DNA of 64,000 nucleotides, from the IMG/VR virus record IMGVR_UViG_3300044673_000327, positions 1 through 64,000 of that record; one strand, 5' to 3'. The position numbers were made by a program, and so were the translations under genes. This DNA comes from a virus. Of this stretch, positions 18,865 through 27,799 are shown one piece after another. Each line of letters starts with the position of its first letter. Position 1 is the stretch's first letter. Under the pieces are notes generated by a model. It saw only the letters and a program-made list of their open reading frames with translations, searched no databases and was not told the origin of the DNA.

Positions 18865-20112
18865 TTACCAAAGTTTACTAACCGCTTCCATCTTTTTCTT
18901 TTCTCCCCGACGTGAATAGCGAGCGGAGGTTTGGACATTGCTGTGTCCCATCAATTGAGCGATCGTTTCTATATCCACGTTCGCGTCGAATAGATCGGTA
19001 GCGAATGTCCTTCTCATATCGTGAGGTGAAAAATGATCTAATCCCGCTTCTTTACCCCTTGTCTTCAGGATGTGCAATATCGCTCCATCCGTCAGGGGTT
19101 TATCCAACAAACGACCACTCTTTGTAATAGGAACGAACAAATGTATATTCCCTACTGGTTTTTGATTACTGGCTCGATCACCTTGCTTTTGGTTGGAGCT
19201 ATTTTCGGGGCTGTCCTCATAATCTTTTACCTTTTCAGAAAGTAACAACCACTTTTCCACCAACTCGATCCCCCTCGGGGTGAGATAACAGGTTCGGTTC
19301 TTATTCCCCTTTCCCTTGACCACCCGTATCTCCCCCGTCTCCAGATCGATGTCCTCGATCTGGAGTTTGACGATCTCCGATCTCCTCAACCCCGATCGGG
19401 CTACCCCGATCAGCGCCGCGTCTCTCGCCCCCCGTACCGAACATGGATCTTTCAAACACACCTCTAGGAGATCGTCGATCTCGCTCCTGTTTAAAGCCCT
19501 ACCTTTTAGAGGGGTATTCCCCCGTACCGGCTTTAGGTCTATCGCGCGGGCGTAATCGGTTTGGTCGATCAACCCCATCCGCCAGCACTCCAACAAGACC
19601 CGTTTGAGCGCGACCAGTATTTTATTGACCGTCGCCGCCTCGTATTTCTCGGCCAATCTACCCCGCAACGCCACCGTATGCTGATACCGCAACCTGTGCC
19701 ACTCGAAAGCTTTTACCAACTCGATAGGCTCTGTAATCTCTACCCCGCGATTTCCTTTATCTCCACTTACTCCACTACCGATTACCACCTCCACCTCTTG
19801 AAGATCTATCTTCTCTTCATTCCTTCCTTCCTCTCTCTTGCCGTTCTGTCCGTCCTCGCCCACTACGCCTGTCAGCTTCGGGCGTTGATTCTCGCCTCTC
19901 CCTACCGTCCGTCGTCTCCTATCGACGCGGGGGATCGGGAATTCCCCGAACAGCGACAGATGGGCGAGGGTATGCAACGCCCCGAGCATCGTCGGTCTAC
20001 TGCCTTTCGATAACGACGAGAGGTAAGTCAGGGCGGGAGAGGGGATAGACTCTCCCCCCAACACGAGATCGGTAGATACGGGGCGAGTTATCGCGAGATC
20101 GTCGGGTATCAT
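18865..20112 (-). CDS. second tyrosine recombinase (XerC/D- or resolvase-like)
   Basis: RDAAL...GLRRSE, KG, HDMRRTF, MGHS...Y. Confidence 0.92.
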   Translation of the reverse strand: MIPDDLAITRPVSTDLVLGGESIPSPALTYLSSLSKGSRPTMLGALHTLAHLSLFGEFPIPRVDRRRRTVGRGENQRPKLTGVVGEDGQNGKREEGRNEEKIDLQEVEVVIGSGVSGDKGNRGVEITEPIELVKAFEWHRLRYQHTVALRGRLAEKYEAATVNKILVALKRVLLECWRMGLIDQTDYARAIDLKPVRGNTPLKGRALNRSEIDDLLEVCLKDPCSVRGARDAALIGVARSGLRRSEIVKLQIEDIDLETGEIRVVKGKGNKNRTCYLTPRGIELVEKWLLLSEKVKDYEDSPENSSNQKQGDRASNQKPVGNIHLFVPITKSGRLLDKPLTDGAILHILKTRGKEAGLDHFSPHDMRRTFATDLFDANVDIETIAQLMGHSNVQTSARYSRRGEKKKMEAVSKLW

Positions 20113-20147
20113 CGGAAATAAAATCGATTACTACACGGAGTATTCCT

Positions 20148-20414
20148 ATGTCAGAACCATCCATCTATCAACAACTGGTAGCGGCGGGAGTCGAGATCGA
20201 TCATCACGAGTCCGATCTGTACTGCCCGGTTAACGAGGTGACTAAAGCCATCGTTGAAGAGGGGCAGTATAGAAGCGGGGATTACGGGGACTATCTTCTT
20301 AAACGCGCGGTATCTACTTTTAACTCCCAGATCGACGGTACACTCTGGTACGACATCCCTTTCGCCTACGATCCTTTCTGGGAAAAGAAGGAAGGAAAGA
20401 AGGAAAGAGTTTGA
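20148..20414 (+). CDS. hypothetical protein
   Basis: GGAG RBS; flanked by 15-bp direct repeats. Confidence 0.7.
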   Translation: MSEPSIYQQLVAAGVEIDHHESDLYCPVNEVTKAIVEEGQYRSGDYGDYLLKRAVSTFNSQIDGTLWYDIPFAYDPFWEKKEGKKERV

Positions 20415-20499
20415 TTTTCTCTTTTAGGGGTGAGTATCGGGTCTGTAGGGCTTGCCGATAGATTATCGTCGGGTATCATGGATCTAGTTATTTGAATCG

Positions 20500-20931
20500 A
20501 TGCCCCAAATTATTCCTATGGATTACCCTAGATGTAAAACCTGCCATTGGCTCGATAGTTTCAAGGTTCTCGATGAGGAATCTTATTACTATTGCGGGCT
20601 TCAAGGGGATCGAAAAGCGCTCGGAACGATCGATTCGGATCTTTTGCCGTTCGGGATAGAAGGCTACGACCTTCACGAATTACGGGTAGATCTCGATTTC
20701 GGATGTGTCTGCCATTCGGAGATAACCCCGATCGAAGAACTGACCCTCTCCGAGGCGGAACTGCAAAAAGAACTAGAAAGGATAGAGCGGAACAGGATAG
20801 AGTCCGAACTAGATCCTATCCCCCTGACATTAGGGGCGGATCTATTCCGTCCGGATTCCAAGTATATCCAGCGAGTACGAACGGGGCGAGCTTTGGAGAT
20901 CGAGGAAGATCCCCGCGAGGATTCCGTTTAG
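20500..20931 (+). CDS. Cys-containing hypothetical protein
   Basis: CKTCHW...C...FGCVCH. Confidence 0.65.
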   Translation: MPQIIPMDYPRCKTCHWLDSFKVLDEESYYYCGLQGDRKALGTIDSDLLPFGIEGYDLHELRVDLDFGCVCHSEITPIEELTLSEAELQKELERIERNRIESELDPIPLTLGADLFRPDSKYIQRVRTGRALEIEEDPREDSV

Positions 20932-21010
20932 TTTAACCTCGGGTATTATAGATCTCGGAAAGGCGAGTGATTCAGTAGTTCGAGATCTAGTATTCCTTCA
21001 GGACAAAACC

Positions 21011-21217
21011 ATGCACTACATCTACGGCAAATACGACCCCGAACAACTCCGAGCCGATGACGAACTCGTTCAACGGATGAGACAAGAGAACGAAGAACTC
21101 GATAAAACTTACCATCGTAGAGAGCGTTACCGTCTTCAAGAGGAAATGGCGGAAAAAGAAAGACAGAGAAAGCTATCCGAACCCGAGTCCACGTTTGTCG
21201 TAGACGAAGAGTTCTAG
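21011..21217 (+). CDS. hypothetical protein
   Basis: AGGA RBS. Confidence 0.6.
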   Translation: MHYIYGKYDPEQLRADDELVQRMRQENEELDKTYHRRERYRLQEEMAEKERQRKLSEPESTFVVDEEF

Positions 21218-21244
21218 GATAGCTACGCTAAGAAGGTATTGAGT
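21217..21244 (+). promoter_or_regulatory. motif B (copy 4)
   Basis: GGATAGCTACGCT-N10-TGAGT. Confidence 0.75.
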
Positions 21245-21323
21245 TAGCCCGATCTACTCGGAAGCGTTTTTTCAGGGTAGGTCGGCTATTGTTTTGGAAT
21301 CATGAACTGGATAGAGTTTTGAC

Positions 21324-21836
21324 ATGGAGACTATCGAACTAACACCGAAAAGATTTAACGAGGTGGTCGGTGAATACGATCTCGAACCCGAGACCGTTAA
21401 AGTCGAAATCACTCTCGGGGTAGCCGATCACGTCAGAAACGAGATACCCGATCGGGAAGACTCCGCCCCGATCCCCTGCATCGTTTACGAGATCACGGAT
21501 AAAAACACCCTGCTCGGTACTGGCTCTCATCCCGGTTATATTTACGCCCTGACGTGGGACGAGGTACAGGAGTTGTGGGGTGAAAATTATAATGGTGACT
21601 GGATTTACCTCAACGTCTTCGGGGCTAACAGGGGAACCCATCTCGATATGGAACACGATAACGATCCTATCTGTGAAGACTGTATCGCGGCAGGTTCCGC
21701 CGAATCTTTCGAGTACGATAAAAACCCCGAAAGCGATAAAGCCTGTTGGTCTTGCTGTCAGATGATCGATGAAGGACTCGAACAGAAAGACGAAGAACGG
21801 CAATACCGAAACCTCAAGGCGGGAGAGTATCGTTAA
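21324..21836 (+). CDS. acidic hypothetical protein with CxxC pairs
   Basis: CEDC and CWSC. Confidence 0.65.
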   Translation: METIELTPKRFNEVVGEYDLEPETVKVEITLGVADHVRNEIPDREDSAPIPCIVYEITDKNTLLGTGSHPGYIYALTWDEVQELWGENYNGDWIYLNVFGANRGTHLDMEHDNDPICEDCIAAGSAESFEYDKNPESDKACWSCCQMIDEGLEQKDEERQYRNLKAGEYR

Positions 21837-21842
21837 TTGATA

Positions 21843-21870
21843 GGATAGCTACGCTCAAGAGATAATGAAT
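21843..21870 (+). promoter_or_regulatory. motif B (copy 5)
   Basis: GGATAGCTACGCT-N10-TGAAT. Confidence 0.75.
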
Positions 21871-21891
21871 AATTAGCGTTCAAGGAGAACT

Positions 21892-22098
21892 ATGTTAACC
21901 AAAACCGTAACCTATTACCTAGAGCTTGATGGAGTCACCTACGGGCTAAAAATAGGCCCGAGCGGTGAACCTTTTACGGGATGGAAATACGATGATGAAA
22001 CCGTAGAAACATCTCTTGAAGAAAGTTGGAAACCGGTAAGAGATCCAGCTTTACAAATCAAGCTCTATGAAGCTCTCGTGAAAGAGTTGATAAAATAA
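21892..22098 (+). CDS. hypothetical protein
   Basis: AGGAG RBS; hairpin terminator at about 22128-22155. Confidence 0.65.
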   Translation: MLTKTVTYYLELDGVTYGLKIGPSGEPFTGWKYDDETVETSLEESWKPVRDPALQIKLYEALVKELIK

Positions 22099-22166
22099 TC
22101 GCTCTAGAATCACGCGCTGAATTAAACACCCGATCCTAATCGATCGGGTTTTATTACAGGAGTTAT

Positions 22167-22562
22167 ATGATCTTCGACAAAGACAAAATATCCGAACAAC
22201 TGGAAGCGAACAAAGATCTACTCCTCGAAAAGTTTCCAGCTTTCTCTCATTACGTGGAAAAGAAAAGCCATCAGTACCTATTCTGTCCCTACAGTATCGA
22301 ATCGTTCAACGCCGAGATTCAATTGTTATGGGAGGTTGGAAACAAGCCGAAGGGAATGGCTATCTATAACTACTCTCTCAAGTACGATAGAGAGCGGGGG
22401 GGATATTGGGAGCTTCTTAAAGAAGCCCTGCTCTCTCAGTTGGAGATGGAATCGAAGGCCGAGATTAATCCCGATGTTGTCTATCCCGATACGGGAATTC
22501 CCCTACGCAAAGGGTTCGCCGATGACCTCACGGGAATGTTGAAAGGGATTATCGATCTCTAA
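22167..22562 (+). CDS. hypothetical protein
   Basis: AGGAG RBS. Confidence 0.65.
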   Translation: MIFDKDKISEQLEANKDLLLEKFPAFSHYVEKKSHQYLFCPYSIESFNAEIQLLWEVGNKPKGMAIYNYSLKYDRERGGYWELLKEALLSQLEMESKAEINPDVVYPDTGIPLRKGFADDLTGMLKGIIDL

Positions 22563-22757
22563 ATACACGGACACTTTATCTCCCCGATCCCTTCTCTCCG
22601 TCGGGGATGTCCACTAGAATAGATCTAGCGCGAATAAAACCCTATCAGGGATTGAAACGAATAAGTCTGCGCTTAATGCCGTAAGCTATTTGTTTACCGC
22701 GCTCTCTAAATCCCTATTAGGGATACCCCGAATACGAGTAGGGGAAAGTTTTAAATC

Positions 22758-23147
22758 ATGGTCTTTAATATCGATAATGAACGTCCCGACATTCAGCGCG
22801 CCTATCACGCCAGCGAGGACGAAAAACGTGAAGCCTATTACGAATCTCTCCGAATCGACATCCCGATCGCCCGTTGTGCCAAAAGCGAAGAGGGCGCAGT
22901 AAGGTTATCCGATGCTGTTCGAGAATTAGTAGAAAACGGAGGTGGCAGAAGATTATTCTTCAAAGAGAATCTTTATCTCGATGTCGACTGGGATGAATTA
23001 CCAGAACTGATCACGACACGATTGATAACCCCCGAGGGATGGGATTATCCGCTTACCGATTCGGATAATCTAAATATCGACTGGCACGAGCCGGGTAGTC
23101 ACCAGATCGAGATTTCGGTAGAGCTATTCGATCCTACCGATGATTAA
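22758..23147 (+). CDS. hypothetical protein
   Basis: 129-aa ORF convergent with the EAL gene. Confidence 0.6.
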   Translation: MVFNIDNERPDIQRAYHASEDEKREAYYESLRIDIPIARCAKSEEGAVRLSDAVRELVENGGGRRLFFKENLYLDVDWDELPELITTRLITPEGWDYPLTDSDNLNIDWHEPGSHQIEISVELFDPTDD

Positions 23148-23980
23148 CCCCCGACGATCTCTCTGCTCGGTTTCCCGAAATAATAGCCCTGCCCCATCTC
23201 GATACCGAACGATCGGACTAATTCCAGATCCCGATCGCTCTCGATTCCCTCTGTCAGAATCGTCTTCACCCCGCTCTCTCTCAATCGCTTTACTTCCCGT
23301 TTCAATCTCTCGGGGTTAATCAGTAAGGTTCTATCGAGTTTAACGACATCGATTCCGACCCGTCTTAAATCCAATCCTTTCCGAGTTCGATCGCTCTCGG
23401 GACTCCCCCAATCATCGAGGGCGATTCTCACCCCCCGAGAACGGAACGAGTTGATAACGGCGATCTCGGATTCTCCTAGTCGATCGCCCTCGTGAATCTC
23501 GAAACAGATCGCAGTTCGGGGGAAGTTAAAACAGAACGCCGCGACCAGTTCGTGAACCGTGGGACAGGCTAATCCTATCGTGGTGACGTTGAACCAGAGA
23601 GAGGGAATCTCTTTCTTTTCTCTCTTTTCTTCCCCTACTCCAACGCCTGCGAGATCTCTCGTCACCCTCTCGAATAGGGTTCTCTTCGCCCGAATCCCTA
23701 ACCCCGTATCCCAAACCTTTTTGTAGAAACCCTCGGGATCGATAACGGGATCGTCTAGCGATACCCCCGAATCCCCTTTCCGATAGCCCCGTTCGGGAAA
23801 ACGACTCAATACCTCGTACCCTACTGTCTCGGTCTTTCCGTCACGATTAAGCCAAACGATCGGTTGATAAACGGGGACGAGCCGATCGAGCGCGTACCGG
23901 AGTCCGTCCATCTTGCCCGCAAGCGGGTGGGGCGAGATCTTAAATAAGTGTTTAGAAGCTATCGATCGAGAGGTAGGCAT
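23144..23980 (-). CDS. stand-alone EAL-domain c-di-GMP phosphodiesterase
   Basis: YQPIV, EVLSR, WFNV, FEIHE, ALDDWGS, KLDR, EGIE, QGYYFGKP. Confidence 0.9.
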   Translation of the reverse strand: MPTSRSIASKHLFKISPHPLAGKMDGLRYALDRLVPVYQPIVWLNRDGKTETVGYEVLSRFPERGYRKGDSGVSLDDPVIDPEGFYKKVWDTGLGIRAKRTLFERVTRDLAGVGVGEEKREKKEIPSLWFNVTTIGLACPTVHELVAAFCFNFPRTAICFEIHEGDRLGESEIAVINSFRSRGVRIALDDWGSPESDRTRKGLDLRRVGIDVVKLDRTLLINPERLKREVKRLRESGVKTILTEGIESDRDLELVRSFGIEMGQGYYFGKPSREIVGG

Positions 23981-24126
23981 GGCAAACTGAGGAAAGCCCC
24001 GGCACAACGGGGAATATCTTTCCTCGGTTCGCGTAACGAACGGGAATAAAAGAGGGCGATGTGAAGATCCCCTCTTAGTATTTTGTAACACGAGCCTGAA
24101 AGATCCGTCGAAAGATAGACGAATCC

Positions 24127-24438
24127 CTATTCCTGAAAATCATCGAAACCCGCGAATCCTTCGGTCGTCGGTAAGAGTTTACGGGAGGGCGAGCGTAACG
24201 GGAAATCGGTCGGGGAGGTTCCCATCTCGCTCTCCTTCATCATAACCGCGCGGACGTGCTTGCAGATATTAAATCCCCTGACCGTGATGCCGTCCCTACC
24301 CTCGACGGCTCTACTCGGTATTTCCTGACCCCCCGACCAATTCGAGGGCAACGACGACGAGAACCCCCGCGTGAAGATCTTGCCCGGTCGTTGACGGGTC
24401 GCGTCGGGACAGTTGCAGGTATAGACGATCTTGGGCAT
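24127..24438 (-). CDS. SWIM-type Zn-finger protein
   Basis: CNCPD...CKH. Confidence 0.7.
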   Translation of the reverse strand: MPKIVYTCNCPDATRQRPGKIFTRGFSSSLPSNWSGGQEIPSRAVEGRDGITVRGFNICKHVRAVMMKESEMGTSPTDFPLRSPSRKLLPTTEGFAGFDDFQE

Positions 24439-24548
24439 AGAGGGGAAAAAAGAAAGAACGAGATCTACTTTTCCGAGAATCCCGCGAATAGGGACGAGGT
24501 TAGGAAACCTATAGGTGTCCGGAATTCAACTCCATTCAGTTCATCTAT

Positions 24549-24692
24549 ATGAAAAACATCAAAGGCATTGTTCTAACCGCCCTCGTTCTCGTTTCCGTCG
24601 CTGGTTCCGCTATCGCTCAAACCAACCCCGTCAAAGAATCGGTTAACCCCGAGATCTGCCGACTAACTACTCAGGGTTGGCGTTGCTGGTAA
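24549..24692 (+). CDS. 47-aa secreted peptide (not in the ORF track)
   Basis: MKNIKGIVLTALVLVSVAGSAIA-QTNPVKESVNPEICRLTTQGWRCW; Sec signal with AxA cleavage site; own terminator. Confidence 0.7.
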   Translation: MKNIKGIVLTALVLVSVAGSAIAQTNPVKESVNPEICRLTTQGWRCW

Positions 24693-24711
24693 TTGGGTTC
24701 GGTTGATGTCG

Positions 24712-24740
24712 ATCGCTCTCTGAAAAGGGGGCGATTTTTG
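24712..24740 (+). terminator. intrinsic terminator
   Basis: ATCGCTCTCT...AGGGGGCGAT followed by a T-tract. Confidence 0.65.
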
Positions 24741-24741
24741 A

Positions 24742-25332
24742 TTATTGAAAAGCTCCTTCTAAAGCAATATTATCAATAAATATTTCTACCAATCCGATAG
24801 GTGAATATGTAAATACGGAGAACCCTAATGTTTGAACAGGTATATTTTGTATCGAGAACCAAGAACCTAATAACGATCGCCATCCGATTGTGGGTGAAGA
24901 GGTTACGGGTAATTCGGCAATTATCAGGTTATTTAAATAAAACCTAATAAACACTACTAGAGGATAAGAATTCCCAAGAGCGGCAGAACAAGAAACCCTT
25001 ATCCATCTACAGTTATTAGGGATAGAGACAGATTGAGTTAACATCATCGGATTGGTTTGTGGGCTACCAACCTGAGATCCGAACGCTTGCGCTCCGTTGG
25101 GATAGGGCGTGGGTATACCAAAATCGTTATTCCCGTTAAGGATAACTGTATTGTTGTAAATTCGATTCCATCCTGTAACAGCATTAACGTATTGAAAGCT
25201 ATTAGTCGATATGACATCACTCTCAAAACTCCCATTTGCGATCGGGATATTTGCGTTGATAAAATTGCCGACAATTGTATTAACCGAACCAGTTCTCCTA
25301 CTCCTTAACTCCATTCCTCTCATCGCTAACAT
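24742..25332 (-). CDS. carbohydrate-binding-like tail protein
   Basis: IANGSFE...GW...IDNI jelly-roll pattern; AT-rich. Confidence 0.65.
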   Translation of the reverse strand: MLAMRGMELRSRRTGSVNTIVGNFINANIPIANGSFESDVISTNSFQYVNAVTGWNRIYNNTVILNGNNDFGIPTPYPNGAQAFGSQVGSPQTNPMMLTQSVSIPNNCRWIRVSCSAALGNSYPLVVFIRFYLNNLIIAELPVTSSPTIGWRSLLGSWFSIQNIPVQTLGFSVFTYSPIGLVEIFIDNIALEGAFQ

Positions 25333-25748
25333 TAGTAATCCTCCCCGATAACGATGACATTAATCTGAGTTCCAGAAGTAGCGGCACTCACTAAATTAGC
25401 CCGTAACTGAAATCCTCTTCTCAACTGCAAGATCCGATTACCCTGAGCGTCAAACGGTAATCCCGGTATTCCAGAAAGAACATCTACGGGTAGCACGGAA
25501 GTGGAGTTTCCACTACTCGCGGGGATAGTCATTCTTCTCAGGACAAAGTTGCTCGTTCCATCCGAGATATAGAATTGAATATCCTCTGGTGCTGTATCGG
25601 TTGAAGTGACGATAATCGCTTTAATATTCGAGTCATCGACCCCCGCGGTGTAACAGGTTTTGATGTTAGTTCCGTCACTGTTAGCGAAGGTTTGCGGGAC
25701 TTGTGGGTTGATGTTTTGAGCGGCTGGTGAGACGTATATTTTAGGCAT
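25332..25748 (-). CDS. tail-associated structural protein
   Basis: Beta-rich; similar to 32883..33338. Confidence 0.65.
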   Translation of the reverse strand: MPKIYVSPAAQNINPQVPQTFANSDGTNIKTCYTAGVDDSNIKAIIVTSTDTAPEDIQFYISDGTSNFVLRRMTIPASSGNSTSVLPVDVLSGIPGLPFDAQGNRILQLRRGFQLRANLVSAATSGTQINVIVIGEDY

Positions 25749-25760
25749 GGTTTTAATTAG

Positions 25761-26426
25761 CTAAATGGGTGTAAAGTTATTCGTGTACTTAGCGTATCCT
25801 CTATAAACCCGAAGATCATCCATCTGTCCTCGCCATCTCCAGTTGGGTGTATTAGCGTCGGGGGTTCCTCCTATCTGTACTGTCGTCGTATTGTTATTGT
25901 AAGGTGTATTATTTGCTAGACTACCCGCAAAACTACCGTTTCTATAAATATTAATAACCCCGCTGTATTTAACGATAGCTATATGTGACCATTCATTTAA
26001 AGGTATCGAGGAGTTAACAATGGTAAAGTAATTACCGTTAATTACCCATACAAGTTGTGATGCGTTCATTAAAAACATCCAACTATATCCGGAGATAAAT
26101 TGGTGTTTCGATATAACTACATTCCAATCCTGACTCCACGCTGCAGGTCTCAACCAAACCTCAATTGTAAAGTCCCGATCGGTAAAACTAAAATCGTCAC
26201 CGGCTAGGGAATTTATATTAATAAAGTTATTACCATCGGTAAATTGTCCGCTACTCGTTCCGTTTCTAAAATTGGTAGTATTTCTTGTAACACCATTGTT
26301 ACTAGAAGCACTGGTTTTTGGAAATGGGGATGTATCGAGAGCGGGGTTAGCTGTCTCAAATAATAACTCGTAACTCGCTGGTGGATGAACTATTGTACTG
26401 TACAACTCCCTTAATCCGATCGTCAT
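25761..26426 (-). CDS. LamG/concanavalin-A-like domain tail protein
   Basis: DFTIEVW, WSHIAIV, IYRNG, GQMDDLRVY. Confidence 0.85.
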   Translation of the reverse strand: MTIGLRELYSTIVHPPASYELLFETANPALDTSPFPKTSASSNNGVTRNTTNFRNGTSSGQFTDGNNFININSLAGDDFSFTDRDFTIEVWLRPAAWSQDWNVVISKHQFISGYSWMFLMNASQLVWVINGNYFTIVNSSIPLNEWSHIAIVKYSGVINIYRNGSFAGSLANNTPYNNNTTTVQIGGTPDANTPNWRWRGQMDDLRVYRGYAKYTNNFTPI

Positions 26427-26427
26427 C

Positions 26428-27411
26428 TTAAATCCCTCCCGCTAATAACATGGCTTGAATATCGGCTAGTAAATTAATCTGTTGCGTTTCGCCTATCCCG
26501 CTAACAATACTCCACCTATTCGTATGGAAAACCAACTCAACTCCCTGTCCCCCTCGATCTAATACCAGATTCGTATTCCCGACGATATTGTGTCCCGTAT
26601 TAGCGGTAATCGTGAGAGGATTAACCCCAAATCCCGTGAGTAGAGAGGAGTTGTTAAAATCGGCTACCTCGATGACATCCCCGTTATTTGGAGAGGCGGG
26701 AAGAGTGAGAGTGAATGAACCGCTAGAGGTGTTACAGAGATAGCGGGTATTAGATACAGCCGTGGTGTTTGTGGTGATGACGGATGTGGTGAGGGAAGAT
26801 CCACCCCCGGCACTTACATTCACCGTAACAGCACCACCGCTATTCGTGGCGGTTACTCCAGCACCCGTGAAGTTGAAAGATGTGGCGTTAGATGTGAGCG
26901 TTGTACCCTCGTCCTGTACGGTGATAGCGGAACCTCCACTAGATACCGTACTCCACGTACCATCTCCTCTTAGATAAGTTGTATTATTCGCTGTTCCTGT
27001 AGCGGAGAGTTTCGGAATCGTTACCGCTCCATCGGCTATTTTACTCGTGCCGATCGCCCCGTCCTGTATTTTGTCCGAAGTTACGGCGTTACTGGCTATT
27101 TTGGTTGCCGTCACCGACGCGTTGGGAATTGCCGTCAGATAATTCGCGTCGTTGGTAAAAGCCGATACGTTACTCGGGAAGTTCTCCCACGTCGCCTGTC
27201 CGTTAGTGCTGGAGGACTTGCGGAGGTATTGCCCCGTCGTTCCCCCCGATGGCAACCCGAAGATCCCGTTGAGTATCCAATCCCTGATCCGAGTCAGGGT
27301 GAGTTTATAGGTAGCGGTATTCTCTACCTCCGATTCCACGAGTTCGTTCCCCGAGATGGAACCGGGTAGGGCATCGTAATCGGCTATTGTTTTATAAACG
27401 GGATCGGTCAT
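26428..27411 (-). CDS. tail fibre protein
   Basis: LPSGGTTGQYLRK, AVTxxKI repeats, YLRGDGTW, FTLTLPASP. Confidence 0.85.
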   Translation of the reverse strand: MTDPVYKTIADYDALPGSISGNELVESEVENTATYKLTLTRIRDWILNGIFGLPSGGTTGQYLRKSSSTNGQATWENFPSNVSAFTNDANYLTAIPNASVTATKIASNAVTSDKIQDGAIGTSKIADGAVTIPKLSATGTANNTTYLRGDGTWSTVSSGGSAITVQDEGTTLTSNATSFNFTGAGVTATNSGGAVTVNVSAGGGSSLTTSVITTNTTAVSNTRYLCNTSSGSFTLTLPASPNNGDVIEVADFNNSSLLTGFGVNPLTITANTGHNIVGNTNLVLDRGGQGVELVFHTNRWSIVSGIGETQQINLLADIQAMLLAGGI

Positions 27412-27467
27412 GGCTTACTCGTATGATGGAGAGACTATTCGCGAATGAAGGAAGGAAAGAGTTTTAT

Positions 27468-27770
27468 TTAATTTTCTTTTTCAAAGTATTTACACTCCCA
27501 CTTTGAGTTTCTTGTTATGTCAATCATGAAAGTGTTATACATAAAGCTTTCCGCTTTACGATTAGCTTCATGAATTTCAACTCCAGCATTGTGTAACAAC
27601 ATTGAAATGTTGCAATACCACGTCCAAGCCCACTCGGGGTCTGCCTTTAATCTCTCTCTAAAAAGACGAAAAGCACTAATGCCGCTAACTCCGAATCCAA
27701 AGATCGTACAAGCCCACCCGAGAACAAAACCTAACCAGATGTAACTTAATATGTTGATTAAATTATTCAT
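27468..27770 (-). CDS. AT-rich membrane protein (moron-like)
   Basis: N-terminal hydrophobic helix; low GC. Confidence 0.6.
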   Translation of the reverse strand: MNNLINILSYIWLGFVLGWACTIFGFGVSGISAFRLFRERLKADPEWAWTWYCNISMLLHNAGVEIHEANRKAESFMYNTFMIDITRNSKWECKYFEKEN

Positions 27771-27799
27771 AGCTCTTTCCTTCCTATCTTTCCTTCTTT

